A DNA stretch of 64,000 nt from an uncultured Spirochaetota bacterium (GCA_963768055.1 CAVYGN010000002.1:480001-544000), one strand, 5' to 3'. Shown: positions 50,923 to 61,423, counted from the stretch's first letter. Numbers and translations: made by a program. The notes: generated from the sequence alone by a model not told the origin.

Positions 50923-52938
50923 ATGGACTTCGTTATCTTTTCTGCCCTTTTCATCAACCGGCTGTCCCAAATTTAACGGTTCAAAGAATAAAAATTCGGA
51001 TCTGCCGGAAGATTTTTTGAAATTTTCATCCCAGCTTACCCTGAACCCGAGAAAATTTTTCTTGCGAAGGAATAAGGTGTTATTGGTGTCCATTTGTAAA
51101 GCGACATTCATACTCAAATCCTTTCCAGGCAGTATCTCTTTGATTGTATCATTCCTGGAAATTAACTTCCCGACATCGGTAAGATATTCGATTTTAAAAT
51201 TATCGAGTTTTTCCGATGCCGTATTTTCCAGATTGAAAGTTATTAAAATTTCCTTTTTTTCGGGATTGATGCTTGACGATGTAATTTTTATGACAAGCGG
51301 TTCAGTATTATATGCCTGTTTTAATTGATATATGATCTCTCCCACACCCAGCATCCATTCATTTGGAGTGTAAGGTCCCCTCCTGCCGAACATTATCTTA
51401 TAAAGGTCGTTTATTAAAATTCCATTGGCTATCCGTGTACTCGAAATATTTTTTACTAACTGAAGGTTCGCCCCGACATAATTTTCTATTGCACTGATGT
51501 CGAAACCGTTTACATCCACATTCTGATAATCGAAATAATAAGATATGATCAAATTGTTAATATAACGCGAAATGATTGGATTTTTACTCAGGCCTGCGAG
51601 GTTTTCGGGTATTTTATCATAGCCGATATTAAAATCGATTATAACAAAATCTATGCCGGCCGATATCAGCGCGGATAGTATTGAGGGATTTTCCATCAGT
51701 AATTTGTAATCCATCCGGTAAAATAAGGGTTTCTTATGTCCCGTTTTTTCCACGATTTCTCTTATATAATCAGAAATGAAATAAAGCTTCCACATTGAGA
51801 ATCTGTTCAGATTAGCGCTGTCTTTAAATTTATTTTTGAATAGTGCAAATTTACCATTATAATCCAGGTCGTTCCAATTGGCAGGAACACTGATGCTGCA
51901 ATCCCTGATGTAATTATCGATAAGTTCCGCTCCGTAATTGCTCGACATAAATATATCCGACATCCCGACATATGAAATGTTTTCGTTGTCCATGAAAGAG
52001 GAGAGGAGTTTTATAATGCTCTTTTTCCTGTTATCATCTAAGAGGGATATATATGTCGGATCTTCGCCGTAACCTTCTCCCTTAAAATAAAGGACTGTCT
52101 TATAACCTATTTTTTTTGTATCGACTCCCTCGACATTCAGACACCGGGCATAAACCCCGAAATGCTTGTCCCTTTTACCTATCTTGTCCGCCAGGGCGAT
52201 CGATTCGTTGAGCTTGTCCATGTCCCAGGGTGAATCTAGGGTTACATCCTCCTGGAAGGTTTTCGTTATACCCGAAAGCATAATTATACCGTCGGCCGAT
52301 ATAAAATTGACCCATTCAGGTATATAATTCCAGTCGACTTCCTTTCCCTCGGCGGATAAAATACTTCTCTTGGAGACCCTTTCAAGAGAATCAATCCCCA
52401 TAAAAACCTGCCCCTTATTCAGAACGAACTTCGGGCCGGCTTCTTCGATTACAAAACTGTTTTTAGAAACTACCGGAGCTTCAGGGGTGTCGATAAAACC
52501 CGAAGCCTTGATATCGACTTTGCCTTCGATCCCCGGATTTTCAGGAAAATAATAGCCAATCCAGGCTTTCTGATCACTGAAATAAACAAGAGTTATTTTG
52601 TCATTGCCGTCAATATTCCTGATTTTAATCCCGTCATTATAAAACTCTACCTGTATGACTGCATTCTCAGGAATTTTCTGGTCTTCTTTTGCCTGTATCC
52701 GGGCAAACAATTTTATCTTTTCAAATTTACGATATACTTTTTTATCGGTTTCAATTTTTAATCGATAATCGGTATTGTTCTGCTCATTGAATCCAGCTGA
52801 TTCCTCGCCGTTCAATTCTATGCCGATATAGTTTTCTTCCAGGAAATGACGGATAGGCGTATAAAAAATATTGCCGGCGATTAGTAATAAAGCGATTAAG
52901 CACAAAAAACCTATTGATAAAGTACGTAATATTTTCAT
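50920..52938 (-). CDS. Membrane-anchored hypothetical protein (Ig-like domains, possible alpha/beta catalytic-like core)
   Basis: 672-aa ORF with N-terminal TM; no motif I can assign confidently. Confidence 0.6.
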   Translation of the reverse strand: MKILRTLSIGFLCLIALLLIAGNIFYTPIRHFLEENYIGIELNGEESAGFNEQNNTDYRLKIETDKKVYRKFEKIKLFARIQAKEDQKIPENAVIQVEFYNDGIKIRNIDGNDKITLVYFSDQKAWIGYYFPENPGIEGKVDIKASGFIDTPEAPVVSKNSFVIEEAGPKFVLNKGQVFMGIDSLERVSKRSILSAEGKEVDWNYIPEWVNFISADGIIMLSGITKTFQEDVTLDSPWDMDKLNESIALADKIGKRDKHFGVYARCLNVEGVDTKKIGYKTVLYFKGEGYGEDPTYISLLDDNRKKSIIKLLSSFMDNENISYVGMSDIFMSSNYGAELIDNYIRDCSISVPANWNDLDYNGKFALFKNKFKDSANLNRFSMWKLYFISDYIREIVEKTGHKKPLFYRMDYKLLMENPSILSALISAGIDFVIIDFNIGYDKIPENLAGLSKNPIISRYINNLIISYYFDYQNVDVNGFDISAIENYVGANLQLVKNISSTRIANGILINDLYKIMFGRRGPYTPNEWMLGVGEIIYQLKQAYNTEPLVIKITSSSINPEKKEILITFNLENTASEKLDNFKIEYLTDVGKLISRNDTIKEILPGKDLSMNVALQMDTNNTLFLRKKNFLGFRVSWDENFKKSSGRSEFLFFEPLNLGQPVDEKGRKDNEVH

Positions 52939-52948
52939 AAAGACCGCC

Positions 52949-53143
52949 TTACTTTTTTTCGAGCATCGCCTTTATAGGCAAATACACCAGTATTCCGACT
53001 ATCATTCCCAGCAGGCAGGATAAAGGGAACATGGTAAAAATCCTGTCAGGATAAAGCCTGAAAAAAAATATGACAAATAGAGAGGCTAGCAAAAAAGAAA
53101 GCCCGTTAAGAATCATAAGAATAAAAAATAGGCGCTTGCCCAC
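52949..53143 (-). CDS. Small two-TM membrane protein
   Basis: GTG start with AGGAGG RBS; two hydrophobic segments. Confidence 0.6.
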   Translation of the reverse strand: MGKRLFFILMILNGLSFLLASLFVIFFFRLYPDRIFTMFPLSCLLGMIVGILVYLPIKAMLEKK

Positions 53144-53264
53144 AACGACCTCCTGTTAAAATAATTAAGGGTGGGACTTTTATGCCCGTAGGGCCGTAGG
53201 TAGAAGCACCCTTGAGTAATTATATAATAAAGTCCAAAAATATTAAAGAAAGAAGAGCCTATTA

Positions 53265-53307
53265 TGTCATTTCGAGGAACAGGATGAGTGCTACACTTGA
53301 AATGACA
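53265..53307. repeat. REP-like inverted repeat TGTCATTTCGAG...CTTGAAATGACA
   Basis: 11/12-bp arms with the same termini as 23662-23690. Confidence 0.55.
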
Positions 53308-53381
53308 GTATTAAAGAATGTTTAATTTGAATATTTAATTACATTATTATATACTTTTTCAAGTTTGATAAGGAAAATCCC

Positions 53382-54104
53382 ATGAAACCTCTTATCGCCA
53401 TAGTGGAAGACGAAGAAGACATAGCCGAACTTGAATCACTGTCGCTTACGAGAGAGGGCTATAATACAAGAATATTCAAGACAGGCACCGATTTTCTGGG
53501 CAGCCTCGAGCACGGCGATAATTATATTATGATCATTCTTGACCTTATGCTCCCTGAAATGAGCGGAACTGAAATACTGAAACTCATAAAAAACAATCAC
53601 TCATTCGAGGCTTATAAAAATACGCCGGTAATAATAGTATCTGCCAGGAACACCGAGTTAGACAAAGTTCTGGGGCTTGAATTCGGTGCGGACGACTATA
53701 TCTCCAAACCATTCAGCCCAAGGGAATTGATAGCGAGGACCAGGGCACTTCTCAGGCGTTCCACCGGTGTATTCCAGGAAACACCTTCAGGCCTGACCAT
53801 GAAGAAAATAATACGCATCGGCTGTATTGAAATCAACGAGGATAAATTCCAGGTTTTTATCGAAGGCAGGGAAATTTCTCTGACATCGGTAGAGTTCAAA
53901 ATCCTCGTTATTCTATCGAAAAGAAAAGGCTGGGTATTCGACAGGAACAAACTTATGGACCAGATATGGAGCGGTGAAAAAATAATCACCGGAAGAACGA
54001 TAGATGTCCATATCAAGCATTTGAGAGAAAAACTGGAGCCTTACGGCTCTTATATCAAAACCGTAAGGGGCGTAGGATACAAACTTGACGACAGGGTTGA
54101 ATAA
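53382..54104 (+). CDS. OmpR/PhoB-family response regulator, probably PhoB/PhoP
   Basis: IVEDE, ILDLMLP, GADDYISKPF, RTIDVHI..LREKL, IKTVRGVGY; adjacent to the pst genes. Confidence 0.88.
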   Translation: MKPLIAIVEDEEDIAELESLSLTREGYNTRIFKTGTDFLGSLEHGDNYIMIILDLMLPEMSGTEILKLIKNNHSFEAYKNTPVIIVSARNTELDKVLGLEFGADDYISKPFSPRELIARTRALLRRSTGVFQETPSGLTMKKIIRIGCIEINEDKFQVFIEGREISLTSVEFKILVILSKRKGWVFDRNKLMDQIWSGEKIITGRTIDVHIKHLREKLEPYGSYIKTVRGVGYKLDDRVE

Positions 54105-54149
54105 GCGCTTAAACTTTTATATTAGACATCCGCTTCCTTATCTCCATAA

Positions 54150-54203
54150 TTAACCCAAAATTAACATTTCCTTCACGGGGTATTCATACCCCTGCCCTAA
54201 AAT
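54150..54203 (+). promoter_or_regulatory. Pho box array plus -10 element
   Basis: TTAACC (54150), TTAACA (54161), TTCACG (54172), TTCATA (54183) at exact 11-bp period; TAAAAT at 54198. Confidence 0.8.
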
Positions 54204-54253
54204 AATCGCGGTTTTTTGTTTGGGATTATATTCAATTTTGGAGGTATAGATTT

Positions 54254-55486
54254 ATGAAAAGAATCCTGACCTTATGTCTGGTTCTCGTTTCGATCGCGTC
54301 TTTCGCCGGTGCGACGATCAAGGTTGAAACTGAAACATGGCTCGACGCTAACACAGTTCAGGTGTCTACCAGCTCCTCACCAGAATTAAACCCCGGCGGG
54401 TCATTCTTCCTAGGCAGGGCTTATCTGACTCTGATCGGAGACCTTGGAACAGATTTTTACGGCGACCCGATCAAGGAAAGGGTGACCTTCGATTTCGCCA
54501 ACGCCACGTCTTCAGGAGCAGCAGGAATAATCAAGTACGCTTACTTCGATTATACCCTTCTCAAAAATTTCTGGGATCCGAACGGCGGCCAGAAGTTTCT
54601 TGTTTTTTCAGCAGGTCTTATTCCGGTATATTTCGGCAATATCCAGTTCTGGCAGTATGTCCTTCCTATAAAGGACGCAACCGAACTCTACAAAGGGGTC
54701 AGTTACACCTATGGTTATATTCCTTCCACTTCCAAACCGACCAACTATACCGGTATTGCACCAACAGCTTCGGCGGATTTCGGCCTGATGCTCTCCGGCA
54801 AGTTCCTTCCAATCGAGGGTTTAACCTCATCCCTTATTAGTTATTACCTGCAATTTCTCAACGGCGAAGGCTACAAGACGTTTGTTAATAATAACGGGGC
54901 TCCTTATATTAACGCCTCTACCAACGGCAGCGACTTCGCTTACCAGGCTTCAGCGTTCGTTTCTCCCATCGACGGGACTATGATCGGCGGAACTTACAGG
55001 ATAGATTCCTACGACGATGCCACAATAGGCACCGGAGTGCATAACACCGAAACCTCTTATGCTTTATTGCTATCCGCAAGAAATGTTATGAACATACCTG
55101 TTGACTTCACCGCCCAGTATATCAGCGAGACCAGCACCAACGACTGGCTCCCTTATAGCGTCGCCAAAAATAATACAACCCCTTACGGATATGATTTCAC
55201 AGGCGTCGTCTATTCCATCTCTCTCGGATACGGGTTCTTAGACTGGGCGATCGAACCTATGATCAGGTACGATTATTACAACCCGGACACGACGGTATCC
55301 AACGGCCAGAACGGTACAGACGTATCGGGTTCTATCCTCTACATCGGCGCGTCCTTCAAACCCGACCCCAACCTTACAATAAAACCTATGTACGGGATGT
55401 ATATGACAGAAAACGGAAAGCCCAGCCAGAACTATCTCGTCTGGCTTGAATTCGCGTACAAGCTCAACTTTACGATCTGGCAGTAA
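54254..55486 (+). CDS. Putative outer-membrane beta-barrel porin, probably phosphate-regulated
   Basis: Signal peptide; F.LGRAYLT, IKYAYFDY, ADFG, NGEGY, EPMIRYDYYNPD amphipathic strands; first gene after the Pho boxes. Confidence 0.7.
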   Translation: MKRILTLCLVLVSIASFAGATIKVETETWLDANTVQVSTSSSPELNPGGSFFLGRAYLTLIGDLGTDFYGDPIKERVTFDFANATSSGAAGIIKYAYFDYTLLKNFWDPNGGQKFLVFSAGLIPVYFGNIQFWQYVLPIKDATELYKGVSYTYGYIPSTSKPTNYTGIAPTASADFGLMLSGKFLPIEGLTSSLISYYLQFLNGEGYKTFVNNNGAPYINASTNGSDFAYQASAFVSPIDGTMIGGTYRIDSYDDATIGTGVHNTETSYALLLSARNVMNIPVDFTAQYISETSTNDWLPYSVAKNNTTPYGYDFTGVVYSISLGYGFLDWAIEPMIRYDYYNPDTTVSNGQNGTDVSGSILYIGASFKPDPNLTIKPMYGMYMTENGKPSQNYLVWLEFAYKLNFTIWQ

Positions 55487-55570
55487 GACATTATTATTAA
55501 TTATATGGTATAATAAAGGGCGGACCGGCTTAATCCCGGTCTGCCCTTGCATTAAAACGGAGGAAAATTC

Positions 55571-56608
55571 ATGAAAAAGATTATATTATCGGCTGCGGCT
55601 TTCATCCTTTTCGCTTCTGCGGGCTTTTCACAGAAAGTTGAGAGCTTATTGGGAGCGGGGGCTACATTCCCCTACCCTCTTTATTCCAAGATGTTCGAGG
55701 AATATTTTAATTCGACAAAGATGAAAATAAATTACCAGGCGATCGGTTCAGGCGGCGGAATACAGCAGCTTATCAGCAAAACAGTCGACTTCGGCGCTTC
55801 CGACGCCCCTATGAGCGACAAAGAGAAAAAGGCGGCGAAGGATGAGGTCATCCATATACCCACATGCCTCGGCGCTGTCGTTCTGACCTACAATCTGCCC
55901 GGTAATCCTCAGCTTAAATTTACCCCTGAAATCGTTGCCGACATTTATCTTGGCAAGATCACCAAGTGGAACGATCCAATGATAGTCGCGGTCAATAAGG
56001 AAGCGAACCTTCCCGATACCGCCATAACTGTAGTTCACCGTTCGGACGGCAGCGGAACGACCTATACGTTCAGCGGTTATCTTACCGCCGTCAGCCCCGA
56101 ATGGAAAAGCAAGGTCGGGCAGGGCAAGTCCCTCAACTGGCCGGTAGGTATCGGCGGCAAGGGCAACCCCGGCGTTACAGCTTATATAAAGCAGATCCCC
56201 GGCGGTTTCGGCTATATCGAACAGGCTTACGCCGAACAGAACAAGATGCCCATGGGAGAGCTTCAGAACAAGAGCGGAAATTTTATTACCCCGAGCTTGG
56301 AATCGGTAATGCTGGCAGCCAATGTAGATCTCCCTGCTGACGGCCAGGCTTCAATTCTCGATACAGCATCGGCGCAGGGATATCCCATCTGCACCTTTAC
56401 CTGGATCATCCTTTACAAGGAGCAGTCTTACGGCGGAAGACCGTTGAACAGGGTTCAGGAAACAGTAAAACTTATATGGTGGATGATACACGAAGGACAG
56501 CAGTATAATGAAGCATTATTATATGGAAAGCTTCCCGAAAAAGCAGTCAAACTTGACGAAGATTTATTGAATTCGGTGGTCTATCATGGTAAGCAAGTCC
56601 ACAAGTAA
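55571..56608 (+). CDS. pstS: Phosphate ABC transporter substrate-binding protein
   Basis: GAGATFPYPLY, YQAIGSGGG, DFGASD, HRSDGSGTT. Confidence 0.96.
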   Translation: MKKIILSAAAFILFASAGFSQKVESLLGAGATFPYPLYSKMFEEYFNSTKMKINYQAIGSGGGIQQLISKTVDFGASDAPMSDKEKKAAKDEVIHIPTCLGAVVLTYNLPGNPQLKFTPEIVADIYLGKITKWNDPMIVAVNKEANLPDTAITVVHRSDGSGTTYTFSGYLTAVSPEWKSKVGQGKSLNWPVGIGGKGNPGVTAYIKQIPGGFGYIEQAYAEQNKMPMGELQNKSGNFITPSLESVMLAANVDLPADGQASILDTASAQGYPICTFTWIILYKEQSYGGRPLNRVQETVKLIWWMIHEGQQYNEALLYGKLPEKAVKLDEDLLNSVVYHGKQVHK

Positions 56609-56648
56609 ACATTTTACAACAAACGGGGTGGGAATTAGTTCCCATCCC

Positions 56649-57524
56649 ATGTTATTTATTTTTAACAGTTCATTTAAAACGACTGTCATGTTTTGCGTCA
56701 TAATTGTCTGCATACTTCTCATGGCAATATTTATAAGCCTTTTTATAGCGGCCCAGCCGTCCCTGCGAAGATTCGGGTTTTTGTTCTTCGGTTCATCGAT
56801 CTGGGACCCGTTGAACGGGCAGTTCGGGGCTCTTCCCTTTGCGCTGGGAACCCTCCTTACATCAATTATAGCTTTGATAGTCTGTATACCATTTTCTATG
56901 TCGGTAGCTTTGATCCTCGGTGAATATTTCTCTTCCGGGGCTGTTGCGGCAGTTCTCAATTCCGCTATGGAACTTCTTGCCGGCATACCCTCGATCATAT
57001 ACGGCATGTGGGGGCTATTCGCTCTCGTCCCGGTTATAAGGGGATTTGAAGCAACAATAGGAGCGATACCTCTTGGCGTGGGTATTTTCGCCGCGGCAAT
57101 CCTTTTATCGATCATGATCATTCCGTTTGCGGCTTCCATTTCAAGAGAGGTAATCGGCATGGTTCCGAACGATCTCAAAGAAGCGGCTTATTCACTAGGT
57201 GCGACCCGGTATGAAGTCATAAAAAAAGTCGTTATTCCATACGCGGGTTCAGGGATAATCGCCGGAATCCTTCTCTCTTTCGGCAGGGCCCTCGGAGAAA
57301 CAATGGCGGTAACCATGGTCATCGGAAATTCATATTTTTTGCCGACCAATATCTTCGGCCCCGGCGATACTATCGCCAGCATAATAGCCAATGAATTTAC
57401 CGAAGCGGCTGATCCCCTTTATGTTTCCGCATTGATAGAAATGGGCCTGGTCCTTTTTATTATAACAATAATTTTCGGTATAGCCGGCAGATATATCATT
57501 ACAAAAGTCAGCATCAAGGATTAA
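56649..57524 (+). CDS. pstC: Phosphate ABC transporter permease; start position uncertain
   Basis: ELLAGIPSIIYGMWG, GRALGETMAV, IANEF. Confidence 0.93.
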   Translation: MLFIFNSSFKTTVMFCVIIVCILLMAIFISLFIAAQPSLRRFGFLFFGSSIWDPLNGQFGALPFALGTLLTSIIALIVCIPFSMSVALILGEYFSSGAVAAVLNSAMELLAGIPSIIYGMWGLFALVPVIRGFEATIGAIPLGVGIFAAAILLSIMIIPFAASISREVIGMVPNDLKEAAYSLGATRYEVIKKVVIPYAGSGIIAGILLSFGRALGETMAVTMVIGNSYFLPTNIFGPGDTIASIIANEFTEAADPLYVSALIEMGLVLFIITIIFGIAGRYIITKVSIKD

Positions 57525-57527
57525 GAA

Positions 57528-58391
57528 ATGGACATTAAAGAAAGAAAAAAAAGAAATGTCTTGTTCAACATTTTTAAAGACAGGGTATTTTTTATAATTA
57601 TCATCGCCCTGTCTGTTATCACATTAATTCCTCTTATTTTAATCCTGTATTACATTACGGTAAACGGGGTATCGTTCCTCAGCATCGACTTATTGACAAA
57701 ACTTCCGAAAGCCACGGGGGAGGCGGGCGGAGGGATTGCCAACGCAATAATAGGTTCGGTTATAATCGTTTTTTTTTCAGCATTGATAGCGATTCCGATC
57801 GGGATACTTTCGGGGATATATCTTTCCGAGCATACTGAAAGCCGGCTGGGGCAATTCGCGCGGGTAGCCGTGGACGTTCTCCAGGGAGTCCCTTCGATCA
57901 TACTCGGCATCATAGCCTATGTATGGTTAGTAATACCGATGGGCGGTTTTTCAGCTATTTCGGGAAGCATAGCCCTGTCAATGATGATGCTTCCCCTGAT
58001 AATAAAAAACACGGAGGAAACATTGAGGCTCATACCCTATTCCGTTAAAGAAGCCGCATATTCTCTAGGGGTCCCATATTATAAAGTCGTCCTGAAGGTT
58101 GTTCTGCCGGCCGGGCTATCGGGAATTCTTACCGGCGTCCTCATTGGAATAGCAAGGATAACCGGGGAGACCGCACCATTGCTATTTACAGCATTCGGAA
58201 ACCCGTTTACCGAGTTAAATCCCTTAAAACCTATGGAAACCATACCCCATATAATTTTCACATACGCTACGAGCCCTTACACGGATTGGCAGAATATAGC
58301 CTGGGGCGCTTCTTTCATACTCGTGTCTTTCGTTTTAATTTTGAATTTAATAGCAAAGGTGGTGGCAAGCAAATGGAAGGTAAAATTCTAA
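57528..58391 (+). CDS. pstA: Phosphate ABC transporter permease
   Basis: GGIANAIIGS, GVPSI, ARITGETAPL. Confidence 0.94.
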   Translation: MDIKERKKRNVLFNIFKDRVFFIIIIALSVITLIPLILILYYITVNGVSFLSIDLLTKLPKATGEAGGGIANAIIGSVIIVFFSALIAIPIGILSGIYLSEHTESRLGQFARVAVDVLQGVPSIILGIIAYVWLVIPMGGFSAISGSIALSMMMLPLIIKNTEETLRLIPYSVKEAAYSLGVPYYKVVLKVVLPAGLSGILTGVLIGIARITGETAPLLFTAFGNPFTELNPLKPMETIPHIIFTYATSPYTDWQNIAWGASFILVSFVLILNLIAKVVASKWKVKF

Positions 58392-59143
58392 AACCGATCC
58401 TTGATGTACAAGACCTCAGCGTTTATTACGGTGATCTGAAGGCATTGAACAATATAGTTATGAATTTTTATGAAAACACCGTCCATGCTATAATGGGTCC
58501 CTCCGGATGCGGAAAATCCACCCTTATAAGGTGTTTTAACAGGCTCCATGAACTTACTCCCGAGGCTAGGGTGGAAGGCAGAATATTATTGAACGGCGAA
58601 GACCTTCTTCAAATCGATCCAATCCTTGTCAGGAGGCGGATAGGGATGGTTTTCCAGCGTCCGAACCCTTTCCCTACAATGACAATTTATGATAATGTCA
58701 TTGCGGGTTATAAACTGAACAGTATTCATTTACATAAATCAGATGCCGATAAAATAGTCGAGGAATCCCTTACCAAGAGTTCACTCTGGATGGAGGTCAA
58801 AGACAAGCTGAATAAAAGGGGAACCTTCCTTTCGGGCGGCCAGCAGCAGAGGCTTTGTATCGCAAGGGCGCTCGCTATGAAACCGGACGTACTTCTACTG
58901 GACGAACCTACTTCCGCCCTTGACCCGAAAGCGACCTCTCATATAGAAGAATTGATTGTAGAATTGAAAAATACCGTCGCTATTATTCTTGTAACTCATA
59001 ATATTGCGCAGGCAGGCCGTGTTTCCGAATATACTGCTTTTATGTATCTCGGAGATTTGATAGAATATGGAACTACGGAAAAATTATTTACAGTCCCCCG
59101 GGACAAAAGAACAGAAGAATACCTGAGTGGAAAATTCGGATAG
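58373..59143 (+). CDS. pstB: Phosphate ABC transporter ATP-binding protein
   Basis: GPSGCGKST, GMVFQRPNPFP, LSGGQQQRLCIAR, DEPTSALDP; likely start ATG 58373. Confidence 0.96.
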   Translation: MEGKILKPILDVQDLSVYYGDLKALNNIVMNFYENTVHAIMGPSGCGKSTLIRCFNRLHELTPEARVEGRILLNGEDLLQIDPILVRRRIGMVFQRPNPFPTMTIYDNVIAGYKLNSIHLHKSDADKIVEESLTKSSLWMEVKDKLNKRGTFLSGGQQQRLCIARALAMKPDVLLLDEPTSALDPKATSHIEELIVELKNTVAIILVTHNIAQAGRVSEYTAFMYLGDLIEYGTTEKLFTVPRDKRTEEYLSGKFG

Positions 59144-59152
59144 GAGACGCTT

Positions 59153-59842
59153 ATGCATGAGCAGCAGATCAATGAATTAAAACAAAAAATCGTTAAAACA
59201 TCATCGATAGTACGGGAAATGATCGAAAATTCAATTCAGGCTTTGTTAAACCGAAACGCCCAGAAGGCAAAGCGGGTCATAAACGAACTCGAACCGCTTG
59301 TCAACCAGGCGGAGATAGATGTGGACGAGGAGTGCATTAATCTTATTGCCCGCTTCCAGCCTGAAGGAAAGCAGCTGAGGATCGTAATGATGATATCGAA
59401 GATGGTTACAGACCTCGAAAGAATGGGAGACCACGCAGTAAATATAGCCGAGAGTTCAATCTTCCTTATAGACCGTCCTCCTATAAAGCCTTTGATCGAT
59501 CTTCCGCATATGCTGTCTGAAACAATTAAAATGCTCGACGACAGTATTATTTCTTTTTTAAACGAGGATTCGAAACTGGCCTACGAGGTCCTGCCCCATG
59601 ACGACGTTGTCGACGATTACAGGGACCAGATCCTGAGAGAGTTAATAACTTACATGCTCTCTAATGCAACCCTGATTGAAGCCTCAATCCAGTTGATAAG
59701 GATCGCAGAAAACCTCGAAAAGATCGCAGATGTTACATCGAATATCTGCGAGGAAGTCATTTATATCAAAGAAGGAAAAATAGTTATGCACTCCAAGCAT
59801 ATCAATGAATGGACAAATAAAGTCGAGGCATGGCACAAGTAA
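59153..59842 (+). CDS. phoU: Phosphate signalling protein PhoU
   Basis: ARFQP, DLERMGDHAVNIA, LEKIAD..NICE. Confidence 0.94.
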   Translation: MHEQQINELKQKIVKTSSIVREMIENSIQALLNRNAQKAKRVINELEPLVNQAEIDVDEECINLIARFQPEGKQLRIVMMISKMVTDLERMGDHAVNIAESSIFLIDRPPIKPLIDLPHMLSETIKMLDDSIISFLNEDSKLAYEVLPHDDVVDDYRDQILRELITYMLSNATLIEASIQLIRIAENLEKIADVTSNICEEVIYIKEGKIVMHSKHINEWTNKVEAWHK

Positions 59843-59885
59843 AATTTTAAATTAATAAAGCAACCAAAGGGCCCGATATTATTGT

Positions 59886-61343
59886 ATGGATGCTTTATTA
59901 TTAATCCTTTCAATCCTGTTGTTTTTAAGCATAGCCGGCAGCCTCGCCTCCGATAAGCTCGGTGTTCCATCCCTAGTTTTATTTTTAATCATCGGGGTCC
60001 TCGCCGGGCCTGAAGGTTTCGGAAGGATCAAAATGGACAGCCCGGAACTGGCCCAAAGGATCGGCGTCATCGCTCTTGCTTTCATTATATTTTCGGGCGG
60101 CTTCAGAACACAATTCAGGGTTATAAAGACTGTAATTTTCGAAGGGGTTCTCCTTTCCTCCCTTGGAGTAATTATTTCCTGTCTGCTGGTAGGGGTTTTT
60201 CTTCATCTGGTGCTGGGCTTTTCACTTGTCAGCGGATTATTGATAGGGGCAATAGTATCGGCAACGGATGCAGCGTCTGTTTTCTCAGTATTAAGCTCTA
60301 AAAACGTACTGCTGAAGGGTAATCTCAGGCCCATGCTCGAATTCGAATCGGCGTCAAACGATCCGATGTCCGTGACCCTGACATTGGCCCTGATTATGTT
60401 CATCAGCAAACCCTCTATGGACTTTACAGGCTTATTGGCGTTCCTTTTCAGGCAATTCCTGGTCGGCGGCGCGGCCGGGTTCGGAGTATCAATTATATCT
60501 GTTTATATTCTTAAGAGATTCATCAAACTTGATTATGAAGGGGTTTATACAGTATTGACTGTCGGCCTTGTTTTGTTTACATACGGATTGGCCGATACGC
60601 TTGGAGGAAACCCTTTTCTCTCGGTATATATTCTCGGCCTGTACCTGGGCAACAGCGACTTATTATATAAAAGAAACCTCCTGAGATACCATGATAACAT
60701 ATCATGGCTCTCTCAAATCGTCATGTTTTTATGCCTCGGCCTGCTCATTTATCCCTCCCGCATACTTCCGGCATCGTTCACAGGGATCTCCGCCACACTC
60801 TTCCTGATTTTTCTAGCGAGGCCGGCAAGCGTTTTTTTAAGCATGGCCTTCACGAAAAATTTTTCCGTCAAAGAAAAACTGCTGATCTCCTGGGTCGGTT
60901 TAAGGGGAGCGGCCCCGATCATTCTTTCGACTTTTCCCCTGCTCGCAGGAGTGCCCGGTTCTTACGATATGTTTTATATCGTCTTTTTCATAGTTATAGC
61001 GTCTGTGCTTATGCAGGGCACCTCCATTCCATTCCTGGCCAGGTTCCTGAATCTTTATGACATTGGAATTTCAAATATCAAATACCCTATCGAATTTGAA
61101 AAAACCGATAATATCGAAGGGGAATTAAATGAGGTCGAAGTTCCGGAAAACTCAGTTATTGTCAATAAAGCTGTTATGGACCTTGCCCTGTCCGAAAAAA
61201 TATTGATAATTCTCATTTACAGGGAGGGCGTCTTTTTCCCTGTGAACGGGAAAACAGTAATAAAACCAAGGGACAGGCTCCTTGTTCTCGCTCCCATCCC
61301 CGATTTCATTACATTCAGCATGAGGGTCCTGGAAGGGGCTTAA
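59886..61343 (+). CDS. K+/H+ antiporter (CvrA/NhaP2 family) with TrkA-C domain
   Basis: GVPSLVLFL, SATDAASVF, EFESASNDP, WVGLRGAAPI. Confidence 0.9.
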   Translation: MDALLLILSILLFLSIAGSLASDKLGVPSLVLFLIIGVLAGPEGFGRIKMDSPELAQRIGVIALAFIIFSGGFRTQFRVIKTVIFEGVLLSSLGVIISCLLVGVFLHLVLGFSLVSGLLIGAIVSATDAASVFSVLSSKNVLLKGNLRPMLEFESASNDPMSVTLTLALIMFISKPSMDFTGLLAFLFRQFLVGGAAGFGVSIISVYILKRFIKLDYEGVYTVLTVGLVLFTYGLADTLGGNPFLSVYILGLYLGNSDLLYKRNLLRYHDNISWLSQIVMFLCLGLLIYPSRILPASFTGISATLFLIFLARPASVFLSMAFTKNFSVKEKLLISWVGLRGAAPIILSTFPLLAGVPGSYDMFYIVFFIVIASVLMQGTSIPFLARFLNLYDIGISNIKYPIEFEKTDNIEGELNEVEVPENSVIVNKAVMDLALSEKILIILIYREGVFFPVNGKTVIKPRDRLLVLAPIPDFITFSMRVLEGA

Positions 61344-61423
61344 CGAGGGGGCCGTTCAAACAACATCCTTCCGGATGAATATTGTTTTGAATCCGGCTGA
61401 AAAGGGTCTGGAAGAGAGAAAAA

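Noticed and set aside
53311..53355. Autoregulatory Pho box upstream of the PhoB-like gene
   Set aside because: Only weak TTAA matches in very AT-rich DNA, and the 11-bp phase is not maintained.
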